Shown in pieces: positions 49,506-62,716 of a DNA stretch of 64,000 bases. Position 1 is the first letter of the stretch, and the number at the start of each line of letters is the position of its first letter. Position numbers and translations under genes: made by a program. The notes beneath the pieces are model-generated. The model was not told where the DNA came from. It searched no databases and saw only the letters and a list, made by a program, of their open reading frames with translations. Source of the DNA: Hemiscyllium ocellatum (taxonomy: Eukaryota); contig NW_026867631.1 in the NCBI RefSeq assembly GCF_020745735.1, positions 1,430,070 through 1,494,069 on the forward strand, read 5' to 3'.

Positions 49506-51419
49506 ATGAAGACTTCATGAACATAGCATTACTCCTCCCCATCTTATGCTTACATATGTCCTTGTACTGCAGTAATAAATCTTGCAACTTCCTTCTGTGC
49601 TCTTGGGTAAAATCCTTTTCTGATGTATCCCACTTCTCAAAGACTTCTTCAAGCAAATCAAAATCCACAACTTCTGCATTTGATTACTCACTCTGTTGGT
49701 CGGGAACTAACACTTGTTTCTCTATTTCGTTGCTTTGAGTATGATCTAATTTCAAAATACTCGATACCTTTACTTTGTGTCTGGCATCTTTAAGAATTCG
49801 TTCACCTGACTCATCCTTGTCTGAATTTGATAGCCATCACAACACTGGCTTGGAAATATCTCCGATCACTGGTAACAGGGCTAACACATTATCCCCTCGG
49901 AAAAACGTCGGAGTCTCAGAAATTATATCTGCCACCTGTTGCATTGTGTGCTGTGCCCTGTGTAGCTAGCTCGCCTGCTCTATTGAATGTCTTTGTCACC
50001 TCCGGATCATAATTTAACTGTGGGATCGCCGACTTTGGTTCTGTCAATCTTTCTATATTTAACTTCAAACGGGTACTCACCTCATGACTGAAGATGACCT
50101 CAAAGGGACTAAACTGAGTAGGTTCTTTCTGGGCATCTTGAATGACAAACAAAGCAAATGGGAAATCTTTATACCAATCATTCGCGTAATCCTGACAGTA
50201 TGCTGTCAGCAGGGTCTTCAAGGTCTGATTCCACATTTCAGAAGGTCTCTGTCATTCATGATAATTCACATTGTATTTAAAAAGCTGTACTTCTACGTTT
50301 TCCATAATCTCCTTAAACAGCCTACCAGCAAAATCTGAAACTTGTTCTGAATGAATCTCTCTGGATCGCCAATGCACGTGTGAAGAAACAATGAACTGAT
50401 CTACTTCCATCTTTGATTTGACAATCTGTAATGGGTTTCACTTCAGAAACTTCAGAAGGCTCTTCAAGTGCGGGAATGGTCAACAAAGATGCTGGTTTTA
50501 TTACCGCCTGTGGCTTACCTACCATTTACCCTGTAAGAAACGGATGGTTAAAATGGCAAACATCTCTGTGTAGTCCAAGCTAGTACCAATGCTTTGGACC
50601 TTAGTCTGAGTCAATCTTATAGCCTGGTGACCTCTGACAGATAGTTCAGAATGTACCGTAACAGCTCCTGCCGAACGGCAACACAACCTGATGAGTATCG
50701 GCCCAGTCCTCCTTTGAAGCAACCTGCCGTGGCCTTCATTCCCGAGTTTGTTTTTTATATTTAGGATAATATCCCTCCAGCATGTCCTCTGCCTCTATTT
50801 TGCGGTACACATATATATGTTTTATTGTCTTGTCTTTTTGGTGCAATTATCTTAGTCTTTCATGAGTAAACACTTCTGTCTGATGTTCTGTCTGTTCAGG
50901 ATTATCCTGCAACCTTATGTCAAATAGGGTGTCTGCTAACTGAACGCCAATTCCCTCACATTTATCTTTAAATTCCGCTTCTTGTTGTGATTATGATGTT
51001 GGTTCTGGTTATCATACAGTCTGGGAAAATACCAGGATATTTCTGTTTTAACTCAACAGTTTCTTTATCTTCCTTGTTGTTCATCACAACGAGGGATGTC
51101 ACTCCTACAGTGGATTCTGCCAAATCATTTGCTTTCGGTTACCTACGAACCCAACAGCTCAAACATAAAGTACGACTTACATACTGCACCCATGCTTCAA
51201 ACATGGACAAAAAAACTGAAATCCTGCCTTTTATTGAGTCTTCCTGTGTCTTGTTTAGTTTGTAAAATAGGTCTTTGAACTGAAGGTTTCAGGATGCAGA
51301 AGAGACATGTGTTTAGATATTTTCCAGGTTGCCAGAAATAAGTCATTGAGAGCAATCTGTCACTGTGACTTTCTGCAATGATCCCTTGTCCTTTTTCAAG
51401 ACAGTGACTCTCATGATCA

Positions 51420-52520
51420 AACAGAGACAGAACCACAGTAAGAGGGACGCAAAAACTTACCCACACCCTCACACAAACATGTACAGATACAACGCATAAG
51501 CACACCCAGACGGAAGTACAGTCAAACTGAGATTTCCGAATATACTGCCAAACAAAGACAGTTGCACACAAGTTACACACACACAATAACACATCCAAAC
51601 TGAAACGTGGGAGCACAACTACACAAAGACTACAGAAACATTCCCACACCAACACAACACACACAGGAATATGGAATGCAGAATGGGTACACACCTACTC
51701 ACACATGCACACGGAAGTACACACAAAAAAAAATCGACATGTAGAGGCATATGTTAACTCATCTACGTACAGGCGAATGCACATACACCGACACTGACAA
51801 AAATGCCGTCATATTGAAATGTAGCTACAAATCAAAACACTCAGGCACACAAAATTGCATATGTACTGAGAGATATAGGAACACACCCATGTACAGACAT
51901 AATGCACACACATCAACACACACACACAAACAAGCGTGTTGTGAGAGAGAATATATTTTCACACAGACACGGAATCACATCCTCACCGTCACACTTATAT
52001 AGAAACGAAACCAGAGTAAGAAACATCACAGACGAACCTGCGAGAACTGACAGGGAGTTATTATATACACGGTGAAGTACATTCAAACCCAGTTGCAGAA
52101 CCACAAACACACGTAACTATAGACATAGAGCGATGCTCAGAGACAAACACACCCACAGAGATCCTGCTGTGGGCCCAAGAACATCTTGACACGCGGACAC
52201 ACAGACTGAACAAAACACTCACCTGCTTAAACAAAAGCATAACCAGGGAGAAAATCACACTTCACACCTACAATAATACACTGAAACTCATCGACACAAA
52301 CACATGGAGTTACAGAACCATCATGATATGCTGACAGTAACACCCACGCACACGTTCCCACAAGCACACTGTCAATGGACTTTAACCCCCACAAACATCA
52401 TACTCACAGACACAAACACAACAGATACATGTGCAAAACACACACAGATAGGCAATCACACAGCCACATTAACATATACCCACATAAAAACACTGACCTT
52501 CAAGAAAACACTCTCATACA
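51420..52520. repeat. Degenerate CA-rich low-complexity tract
   Basis: Dense ACAC/CACA motifs; similar sequence resumes at 52810-52950. Confidence 0.8.
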
Positions 52521-52575
52521 GACTGAATAATATTGCCAAAATATATAAACGCATGAATATGTCGTCATTGAGAAA

Positions 52576-52801
52576 TGATTTGGAGATGTCAGTGTTGGAC
52601 TAGGGTGTACAAAGTTAAAAATCACACAACGCCAGGTCATAGTCCAACAGGTTTAATTTGAAGCAATGTAGCTTTCGGAACGCTGCTCCTTTATCAGGTG
52701 GTTGTCCACCTGATGAAGGAACGGAGCTCCGTCAACTAGTGTGCTTCCAATGGAAACTGTTGAACTATAATCTGGTGTTGTGTGATTTTTAACTTTGTGC
52801 A
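52576..52801. mobile_element. Second-family Penelope-type palindromic insert
   Basis: ~100-bp inverted arms centred near 52703, mutated CTGATGA..GAAA cores on both strands, flanks cattgagaaa/cattgagtaa. Confidence 0.8.
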
Positions 52802-53149
52802 CATTGAGTAACTCACACACAGATGCACAGACGCGCTCATAATGTATCACACACAGGGGCATATCCAACCACAAAAACCGAGGGACAAACACACACAGAG
52901 TGACATCCCCACAAAGACAATGAATCATCCCACACGGAGACCTTCACACGCTGAAATGGAAACGCAGGAACAGGTAGACCTACTTGCAGTTGTGTGTTAA
53001 GGTAGGGTTGGCTGTACCTGGGGACTTTGTATTTTATAAATCACTGCCTGCAGAAATATGAGTGAATGAAGCTTTGTTGAATGGATTTGAATTAATGTAA
53101 GTGAGCATTTTGGTAAACTCAGACAGCAAGCATCTGACATTGTCAATGT

Positions 53150-53412
53150 GAGAAAAAGATACAGAGCGCGAGGGAGAGACAGAGAGACAGAAAGTGAGCC
53201 AGACAGAGAGAGACAAAGAAGGATGATCATAGTTGCAGCAAGAGAGACAGATAGCGAGCAGGACAGAGACAAAGAATGATTCAGGGAGGGAGAGTCACAG
53301 AGGGAGAAAGAGAGAGAGACTGAGACAGAGGCTGAGAGATGAGGAGAGCTCGAGAGAAGAGGAGAGGAACAGAGATAAAGACGTACAGAAGCAGGAAGTG
53401 CGAGAGAGGGAA
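53150..53412. repeat. GA-rich tract (CT-rich on the minus strand)
   Basis: Degenerate (GA)n. Confidence 0.85.
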
Positions 53413-54149
53413 ACAATGTCATTGTGGTGGAAGTAGACAGGTGGTGGACACAACAAACTATCTCAAAAAGTGATGTACATGAAGTAATAACCAATGCAGG
53501 TGAGGGCATCGTCAGCACCGGGAGCATTTATCTTGTTGTCATAAAGTGTTTATTGTGATCTGAGCAAAGGAATTCTTACAATAGTCATCTTAGAAGAGGG
53601 GCTGTTTTTGTCCGTCCACCTAGTTCCCAGCCGGGGAAAAGCCGAGGCACCTCCTGTTGGTCTTTAACACTGATTCACAATATAGTCCGTGAAGACCCAG
53701 TGTTCCAGCTGAACACATCACTCACAGCCAGTCCGTCACTTCGAAATCACTCCTACAGTTTCGTTCCATCCGACACTGCCCGTTACAGTTACCTGTTCTT
53801 CCTTTGTCAAACCCTCCAGTGTGATCGAAAGAGATGATCGATAGATTCTTGTTGAAGTCTTGGGGGATAGAGACTTGGTGATAAGGTGCAGACGGGAATG
53901 TGTCTCTAAAATCGTAATTGTATGAGTCGCAATTTTTTGGAATAGTAGGATGACCAGACGCGAAGGGTTGAATGGCTTACTGCTGCTCATTGTCTGTTGT
54001 CGCGATGTGTGTCCATTAGGAAGAGCAGAGACTTTCCTTACGTGGTGAAAGGTAACCCATCCTGATACCGACCTCCCCATCCACCCCTAAGTGTTAGACT
54101 CAGATCCATGGCATTATGCCCTTGAATTCTGGCATACTTATGCAATTCC

Positions 54150-54155
54150 TTTATT
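54150..54155 (-). terminator. Candidate polyadenylation signal AATAAA
   Basis: tttatt on the plus strand, ~65 bp past the GPCR stop codon. Confidence 0.4.
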
Positions 54156-54218
54156 GGGAACGCTGTAACAGCCTCATGAGCTCTCTCCGTTGTTTTGCTG
54201 AAACGTTAAGTGAGGAAT

Positions 54219-55093
54219 TTACATGACCAGTTGTTGCACCGCGCTCCTAAGTTTCGCTCTGAACTTGGACAGAGACACTGCATAGAATAATGTGTTCAGG
54301 CTGCAGCTGGAATCCTTGAGCATTTCTCCAACGTAGGTAAAAGTGGCTCGAGAGTGCTTTTTCAAAAGACCTTTTCCTTCAATGGTAAAGTATAAAATGT
54401 TTGCACAGTAGACTATCCACAAAAGTATAAAGGTGATGGATATGGTGAAGAGGGAAATCACTGCTTTCCTCCGGTTCTCCATCTCTGTGTCTTTGTGATT
54501 GTCTCCCTTTCTCTGACCCCTCAGTTTGTTGCGGGCTCGACTGGCCAGTAAAATGTAACTGGCCGTCAGAATGTTTATCAACAGAATTAACACGAATGGA
54601 ATGAATGGGGTTAAAGTGATATCAAAGCTATGAAATCCCCGCCACCTGGGATCAGTAAAATAGCTACTTTTTATTTGGCAGAACCACGAAATATTGTGAG
54701 TTATTCTCGAAGGTCTAAACCGAAAATAGAAGGGAATGTTTTTTGAACATAACAGAATGCCTGTAGCAGCTAGAACTAAACACAATGCTTTATCTGTCCA
54801 ATACTTTCTCCCTATTCTCAGGCAGCAAATGGACATAAAGCGATCAAAGGAAAAAAGGACAGTGAACCAGACAGAACAGTCTGTGGCTGCACGCATAAAG
54901 ACAAAGATAACACTGCACACAGCGGTTAGGTCCAGGAAACACCTTCGGAAGTAAAAGTATTTGAGTCCATTCGGTATGATGTTAGTGAGAGTGAACAGGA
55001 GATCCGACGTTGCCATAGCCAACAGGCAGCGCGTTGTGCACTTAGAGAGGCCACACTTGCCGCGTGCGAGAATCAAAATCACCAAGAAATTAA
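54219..55093 (-). CDS. GPR139-like class A GPCR, coding exon 2
   Basis: AMATSDL, FSFDRFMSIC and SCSLNTLFY motifs; acceptor tttctctttcag|TTAAT; joins exon 1 at 62717-62783 in frame to give 313 aa. Confidence 0.9.
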
Positions 55094-55789
55094 CTGAAAG
55101 AGAAATAAGATAAAACACAAACAGTAAATTACTGATCAAACATTCTCCGCGAATGTCCAGAGAGGAATGGAGGATCTTAAGATCTAATTGAGGCATGGAA
55201 TTGATGATGGCAAGAGGGCAGTCATTTTAAGGTGAAGGGCAAGTGGTTTGCCCTGATTTTCAGGAATAGGATTTCACCTACAGTGTGGCAGGAGCTCTGG
55301 TAATTCAGAGTTTGGGAGTGTAATTGCGACAGAAACCTCACAACATTTCCAAAGTCCCTGGGACGAGTCTAGATTTGATTCAGCTTTGTTTACACAAGCT
55401 TTATGGACCAAGAGACATCTTCGGTACAGTTGTGTTCGGAGATTCCACAAATTACTTCTGGAAAATAAGTTGGGAAGTGGAATATTTGAATGAATTAGTT
55501 CAGTGGCTATGGATACTGGAAACATGAAACACGAACAGACATAACTAGCGAAACTGAACAGGTGTAGCAACAACTGTGAAGAGAAAAGAAGAGTCAGAAC
55601 GCCTTCACCTGAACATTTGTTAAGGAAATCAAAACATCAACTTAATTGTCTCCTCACTCAAAGTCGTGACACTGCAAACTAAGGGCAGGGACTGTTTTCA
55701 AAAAGGGAACTGAGTTTCAAAGTGTAGGTATTTTTCGAGTATGGAACATTTATTAGATAGCTCTCAGTATGCAGGGCATATTTAGTGTC

Positions 55790-58700
55790 AGAGAGATGTA
55801 GAGCACGGACACAGACGCTTTGATCCTAATCGTCAATGCTGACCAGATAGCGGAACCTAACCAAGTCGCGTTTGGCCTATATCTCTCAAAACCTTTCCTC
55901 TTCATTTTCCCATCCAGATGCATTTTGAATGTTGCACATGCATCAGCCTTGCCATTTCCTCTTGCAGTTCATTCCATACATGCTCCACCCTTTGCGTGAA
56001 AAACAAAAGTGTCCATTCTGGTTCGTTTATACCTATCTCCTCTCATGCTAAACCTCTTCTCCATACTTCTTGTCTCCCTATCCCAGGAAAACACGTTTTG
56101 TCCTTTTAACCTACCAATACTCCTCATGATTTCATAAACCTCGCTAAGCTCACCCCTCCACCACCAATGCTCCATGGGAAAACAGTCCATGTCTATTTAT
56201 CCTCTCCCTATACATCAAATGCATGGATCCTGACAACGTCCTTGTAAAACGTCTCTGGAGTCTATCAAGTTTTACAACATCTTTCCAATAGGAGGGAAAT
56301 AACAATTGCACACAACGTTCCAAAAGTGCCCCAAACAAATTTCTGTACATCCACAACATGTCCTCCTAATTCCTACATGTAATACTTTGTCCAAAAAAGA
56401 AGGCATACCCAAGGTCTACTTCACTAACCTATCTATCTGAGACTATATTTTAAGGAACTTTGTAACCGAACTCCAAGGACTCTTTGTTTAGTAACTCTTT
56501 TCGGGAACTTCCCATGAAGTGCATAAGTTATGTCCTGACTTGTTTTCCAAAATGCAACACCTTCCACTTATCTAAATTAAAATCCAACTTCTACTCCTTG
56601 CCCTGTTGGTTCATCTGAACAATGTCCAGTTGTACTCTGTGGAAACTTTCTTCGCTGTCCACTGAACATCCGATTTTGATGTCATCTGCAAACATACTAA
56701 CTATACCTCCCATGTTGACATTCAAATCATTCATATAAATGACGATAAGTAATGAACCCAGCATCTGCCGAACTCCATGCTAACATCCATATAGATCACG
56801 TCCATCTCTCTGCACTCATAAATCCTCTTCGTGACTTCTTCACAAAACTCAGTCAAGCTGTCATGATTTCTCACACAGAACGTCACGTTGACAATCCATA
56901 CTCGGTAGTTGCCCATCCAAATACATCGAAATACTTTCGCTCAGGATTCCCTCCAACAACTTTCAGAGCACCGCTTTTAGGCTTGCCAGTCTCCAGTTCC
57001 CTGATCTTTCCTCACCATCTTCTTAAAATAGGGGCATCACTTCAGCCAACCGTCAGGCTTCCAGCACCTCACCTGTAACGAATCATATGGAGTTCAATGC
57101 ACATGAAAGGAAGCGGATTCATTTTGGAAAGAATAACAGGAAGGCAGATTACTGGGTTACTGGAAAGATTCTAGGTAGTGTGGACATGCAAAGGGAACTT
57201 GGAGCCCATGTACATAGATTCCTGAAAGTTGCCACATAGTTTGATAACACTGTAAAGAAGGCATACGAAGTAATAAACGTTATTGTGAGAGGGATTGTGT
57301 TTTGGAGCCGAAATGTCACACTGAACTCGCAACATTGTGTACAGTTCCGGTCACCCCATTTTAGTAAGGATGTGGAAGCATTGGAAATAGTGCAGAGGAG
57401 ATTTATCAGGATGTTGCCTGGTCTTATAAGGAAAGGCAGAGACACTTGGGTCTGTTCTCATTGGACAGAAGAAGGCTAAAAGGGGATTTGATGGAAACGT
57501 ACAAGATGATCAGATGATGAAATAGGGGAAACAGTGAAATTCTTTTTTCCCAGGATGATGACGTCAGTTTGTACGAGGGGACATAACTACAAACCGAGGG
57601 GTGATAGATTTAAGACAGATGTAAGAAGCAGGTTGTTTACTCAGAGAGTGGTAAGGACGTGGAATGCCCAGACTGCTGATGCAGTTAACTCAGCCACAAA
57701 ATTCAGATTGAAACAATCGTTAACTAAGCACACGGAAGATGATCGGATAGTGCAGAGGTAGAGGCTCAGTTTAGTTCACAGGCCAGCGCAGCATCGCGGG
57801 CTGAAGGACCAGTTCTGCGCTGTGTTGTTCTATTTTCTGTATTCTGTCACGCAAGTATTTCAAGAAAAATCCCCGCAATCACTCACTAGATTCTCAGATT
57901 TCCAGCGTACACCCAAATAGCTCCAAGGAATTTATCCAAATTTATGTGTTTCATGACATCCAGTATCTTTTCCTCTGCAATGTGGTCATTTGTCAAGATT
58001 TCACCATCAATCTCACCATATTCTGTATCTTTCATGCCTTTCTCGATAGTAAACACTGATGCAAATTACCTGTTGAATTTCTCCCGATCGCCTATGGCTC
58101 CATTCATAGGCTATCTTGTTCAATTTGAGGGGGCCTATTCTCTCCCTAGGTACCCACTGTCCTTAATGTGTTTTATTTCCATTTGCATTCTCCTTAAACC
58201 TATTTGACAAAATTATCTTGTGTCCACTTTTGTTGTCGGGATTTCTATCTGAAGTACGCCTTTGACTTTGTACTCTTATGAGAATTCACTAGATCTCTGC
58301 TGTCTGTACCTGATATATGCTTCCTGATTTTAACCAACACGGCTACCTACGATCCTTGGCATTCACTAGAACAGTTAATCTTTCTGGACTCTCGTTATCT
58401 CATTTTTGAAGGCTTCTCATCATCAACTGTCAATTTCATTGAGAACATGCATACCGAATAAACGTTTGAATGTTCCTGTCTAATACTGTCAAAATTGCCC
58501 TTTCTCTATTTTAGAGATTTAACTGTTAGATCCGGTGTATCATTTTCCACTAATGTTTAACCTAAAATAATTCTCAACTCAGGCGCCAAATCGATCCCTC
58601 ACCAGCATCTCAGTAACTTGTCCTGGTTTATTTCGCAAGAGGAGCTCAGATTTTATACCTTCTCTATTAGCACATTCCTCTCTATCTAAACCCGTTAAAC

Positions 58701-58830
58701 TGTGACAGTACCCAGTCGATGTTTGGAAAGTTAAAACCGTTACTATGACAACCTTGTTATTCTCATAACTAATGAGAACCCCTCACAAACTTATTTCTCA
58801 ATTTCCCACTGACTGTTTTGGTGTTTCTTT
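55790..58830 (-). mobile_element. Decayed CR1 LINE with a nested opposite-strand CR1
   Basis: DVIYMDVS, LLERCVQLL..DRLQRRFTR motifs; continues past the 57085-57845 insertion. Confidence 0.85.
57085..57845 (+). mobile_element. CR1 3' fragment
   Basis: HCVQFRSPHFSKDVEALEIVQRRFIRMLPG and FTQRVVRTWNA; (TTCTG/A)n tail. Confidence 0.9.
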
Positions 58831-60711
58831 GCGCCTTAACAATCTCGAGAGCCAGAAAACAGCAGAGTGATACTGTTCTAAAAAAAAAGGTGCTCCGGGC
58901 CAACTCAGTGCCTGTGATTTTTGATATTTTTATAAAAGTTTAATCAAGAGATGAATCTCAATAAACAGACAACCAATGGCAGCCACCCTACTTACTACTG
59001 ATGATTTACTCAGAAAAGGCAGCATGGTAAGGTTGACCAACTTACTTGCCCCAGTGCTATGAGCTCTTCCAGACAGATTCCTTCAAGGTCAGCTGTGGTC
59101 ATTGTCGCTAATTTTTCTTCGGTGCACTCGGATGCCCATAACTACTTTAAATCAACTTGCAAAGGCATCAGATATGCAGATTGACTGCAATGACAGACAG
59201 AAGTGTATGTTTCTTCCTCTCTCTCTTTCTGACAATATGATCTTGACCATTTTGTCTCGTCGTCCTATATAAAGCGCAATTGTTCTGAATTCTATCTCCA
59301 GAATATAAAAACAAGCAACAACTTAAAAACCAACAGTTAGTTTTACCCAGAAATCGAGAAACCCAGCTTCAACACCTCAAATACCACAAAAATTGAGCAT
59401 TTCTTAAACTCTCTATTGTTTTTTCCTGTCCTTCAGCTATGATTTTCCGTAGTCGTCTGCTCAGTACCTTACAACAACGTGTGTTGTTGCACTTTAGAAG
59501 ATCTAAGTACTCGATGGAGAGCAGAGGAAATTTTGATTCTTCATGAAAGTCACAAGTCACTATCTAAGCTCTGTCTGTCATGATAATCTGAGGAACTGTA
59601 AACTCAATTTGGGAAACTTTCACATTTTGTTTGGACATTGAGTCAGCAAAGAATGCAAAACTCAAATAGGGAAATGTGACGGTTTTACTGCATTGTCCAA
59701 ATTGTCTGAAGAAAATAGTTTTGGAATGTGATTATTGAAATTTACTGAACAAACTACATAATGCAACAAAATATGGACAGTTCACTGCTGCAATGATTGA
59801 GCAGAGCTGCTGTAAACCGTGTTCAAAACATATAATATGTTAAAAATCTAGTCTGTATGACACTTTATTATGTCCTCAGCATGTCAGAGGCAATGGGCAT
59901 CTCAGCTGATAATCTGACTTCAAAGCAGTTCACAGACTGTACACGACTTCACAACACTTCCTTAAAAAAAATCATTTTACGTTGAAAGTGACTGAACAAG
60001 TGATCAGTATTAACCTAATGATTCAGTTGATAAACTATTTTGCTTTAATCTTCATTAAAGCTATTCCTCCACGTGAAACATTACTTCCAGTATTGTGCAA
60101 ATTATGAATCTCCAAACATTTCGTCAACGATCAACTGTGAGGTAGCCACATTCCTCTGGAATTCACCTGAACAATCCATACTTTTCCAATGAACTTTACA
60201 ATTATTGGAAACGTACGGCCCAAAAAGTGAATTAATTTCAACACTTCTCGGATTTTCTGCAATCCCATAGAACTGAAGGGAAGTTAGAGAGCTGAAAGGG
60301 GTTATTCATGTCTCCATCAATTGAATAAACTATTTACCTGTTCTTATCACACTTCCTGACAACTGGCCCATAGTTTTGAAGGTTAATTCACTTCAGGTGC
60401 AGTCCTAGCTTCCCATCAATTGTGTTGTGCATTGCAAACATCCAAGCCCCCATCCAAAATGAAGACTGAATTCCAGACCCACCATCACCTTCCCAATGAA
60501 AGGGTTAGCCCTCATACTCCCTGTCATCCTTCCGTGAATTGTTCTCACTCTGTGTCTCCTAGCAGATGCATCCCGCGTTCGGGTTGACAGGTCCAAGACC
60601 ATGATTACTTTGCACACGTCAATCACATCGCTTCTGTTCAAGAGAAAATCACCCAATCTAACATTCCTCAATGCTGCCATAATTTTCACATGCTGGCAAT
60701 ATTCTTGTACT

Positions 60712-60971
60712 TTTTTGGATTAGCGTTGCTGGAAGAGCACAGCAGTTTAGGCAACATCCGAGGGGCAGCAAAATCGACGTTTTAGGCAAAATCCCTTCAT
60801 CAGGAATAAAGGCAGAAAGCCTGACGCGTGGAGAGCCTTTATTCCTGATGAAGGGCTTTTGCCTGAAACGTCGATTTTGCTGCTCTTCGGATGCTGCCTG
60901 AACTGCTGTACTCTTACAGCGCCTCTTATCCAAAATCTGGTTTCCAGCATCTGCAGTCATTGTCTTTACCT
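60712..60971. mobile_element. Penelope-type palindromic insert with a hammerhead core
   Basis: Inverted arms; attc-CTGATGA-A-GGGC-tttt-GCCT-GAAAC-GTC at 60841-60872; flanks aatattcttgtact/aatattcttgcact. Confidence 0.85.
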
Positions 60972-61315
60972 AATATTCTTGCACTCCCCTGTTTTAAATC
61001 TCCTCAGCGCAATTCTGTCCTTCGTGCTGTCCAGTACTGTGCATAACATCGCAGCTGTGAGCTACCCATTGTCTCATGAGGTTCCACTCTTCCAGGTCTC
61101 AGCGGGCAAGAGGATTGGTTTTCAGTTGGGTCTAGTGCACAGTAAGAGTGCAGCAACTTTCTGAGTGATAATATAAAATAGTTGTCAGTGTGGATGTCTG
61201 ATCAGACTTTGGAACGGACTGGTTGGACGTATTCTGATTTACGTGTTGCGTTATTGACTCAGTTCGTCTGGAATTATAATATATGTTTAAAACCTCACTT
61301 TTGGTCTGATACCAT

Positions 61316-61470
61316 GTGATGTGGAAGTTCGGAAGTTGGACGGCAGTGGTCAAAGTTAAAAATCACACAACACAAGGCTGTGTTCCAACAGCTTTACTTG
61401 TAAGCTCGAACTTTCAGAGTGCCGTTCGTTCATCAGTTAGCTGTTGGGCTTTAAACTGGTGCTTTGTGAT
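61316..61470. mobile_element. Second-family Penelope-type terminal repeat fragment
   Basis: caaagttaaaaatcacacaaca..ttcatcag matches the 52576 element. Confidence 0.65.
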
Positions 61471-62716
61471 AACAGCTTATTATCAATAGGACAAGCCAGA
61501 CCCTAGACTGAAGAAAGTGATCACTTGCTGAATCGTATACACACAAGACTACAAATAACTCTCGCATAACCAAACAGGAGTTTGTAACAAAAGAATTGAT
61601 GATAAAATTGAATAAATTAAATTTTGCACTTTTAAAGCAGATTCAAACGTAATGAACTCACAGTAAATATTTAATCAAATCAGTCTCAAAACAACATACA
61701 AGTAAAACGATAGAAAGCAACTTTTGGAATTTACACCAATCCCAGTGCCATTCCAAAGTAAACATCCCTTGAGTAATATTCACACCAGAATCCCTGTATC
61801 TAACATTTGGTTAAATGACTGGTGACTGACTTTTTTTTCACCTAGGAATGCAATTAGCTTCTTCCTGTAGCTACCATACAACTGAGTGTCATTGTACTCA
61901 GATTGAAGTAATCACTTTTAATATATTTTTGAATCCAAAGACATCTGTCTTGCATCAAACCGAAATTTCCACTTCACGGTATTGTAATTGACTAACCGTC
62001 TCATTTCCTTCTCATCAGTACAGATCTCCCCAGTTCCACACTTTGCCAGGACGAAACGAAATAACAGAAATTATAAAACGTGAAGAAATTTCTTAAATAA
62101 GGGTTTTTTTTTTCTCATTCTCAGATGTTATAGCTCTCCAACAAAACTTTGAGGCTCTGTCAATACCATGCTGGGTTGTAAATAATTAAAAAAAAGAAAG
62201 GCTCGTTCGTGCACAAAGACATTCAGCCCATAGAAATAATTCAAAACCACTTATTACAACATATTGATGTTTTAACAGAAGTGTCTAAAAGAAAAGTATT
62301 AATTTCAGAAACAAAGAAAGGTCCTCCACTAATTCAATCACAAACGAGAACCAGACTTCCCCTACATTTTATTACACTCTCAGCATGATAATACGATCGG
62401 TTATATTTTTCCAAAATGACTACTTTCCTTAGTTCCATGAAGCTGTCTGCCATCTCCGATTGAAACGCTGATTTCTGGCAGTTTCCCAGAAGAGATCAAT
62501 AATTATGCAATGGAATATTGAACTTCCCAGGAATTTCCTTCAGAATCTGCAATGACAGGTATTCCGCAGTCTCTATGTAGTCTGAGATTAAATCACTGAA
62601 CTTCCGGCCCTGTGTGATGGTGGCCACAACATGCCCATGCATTATTGTGAGTGTCAGTGACACAATAGATAATTCTCAGACAGATTGATTCAAATTCAAT
62701 GTTGCAAAGCACTTAC

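Larger units (their letters stand above)
44829..51250 (-). mobile_element. Decayed Gmr1-like element 3' part (IN, RT, RH, PPT, 3' LTR 44829-45532), split by a nested CR1
   Basis: IN WNQTLKTLL..FSPFEVIFSH (49916-50236); RT at 46350-46900; RH IEQPVGCFSRK; minus-strand TAAGGGGAGA|TGTTATGAAGATG. Confidence 0.85.

Noticed and set aside
51170-51300. Possible additional minus-strand exon ending at a gtaag donor (~51180)
   Set aside because: No TM1-like or otherwise recognisable frame, and no partner exon.
55094-55196. Single-exon N-terminus MPQLDLK.. for the minus-strand GPCR
   Set aside because: It reads through a canonical acceptor at the family's conserved intron position, and a phase-matched exon 1 exists at 62717-62783. 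Not formally excluded without RNA data.
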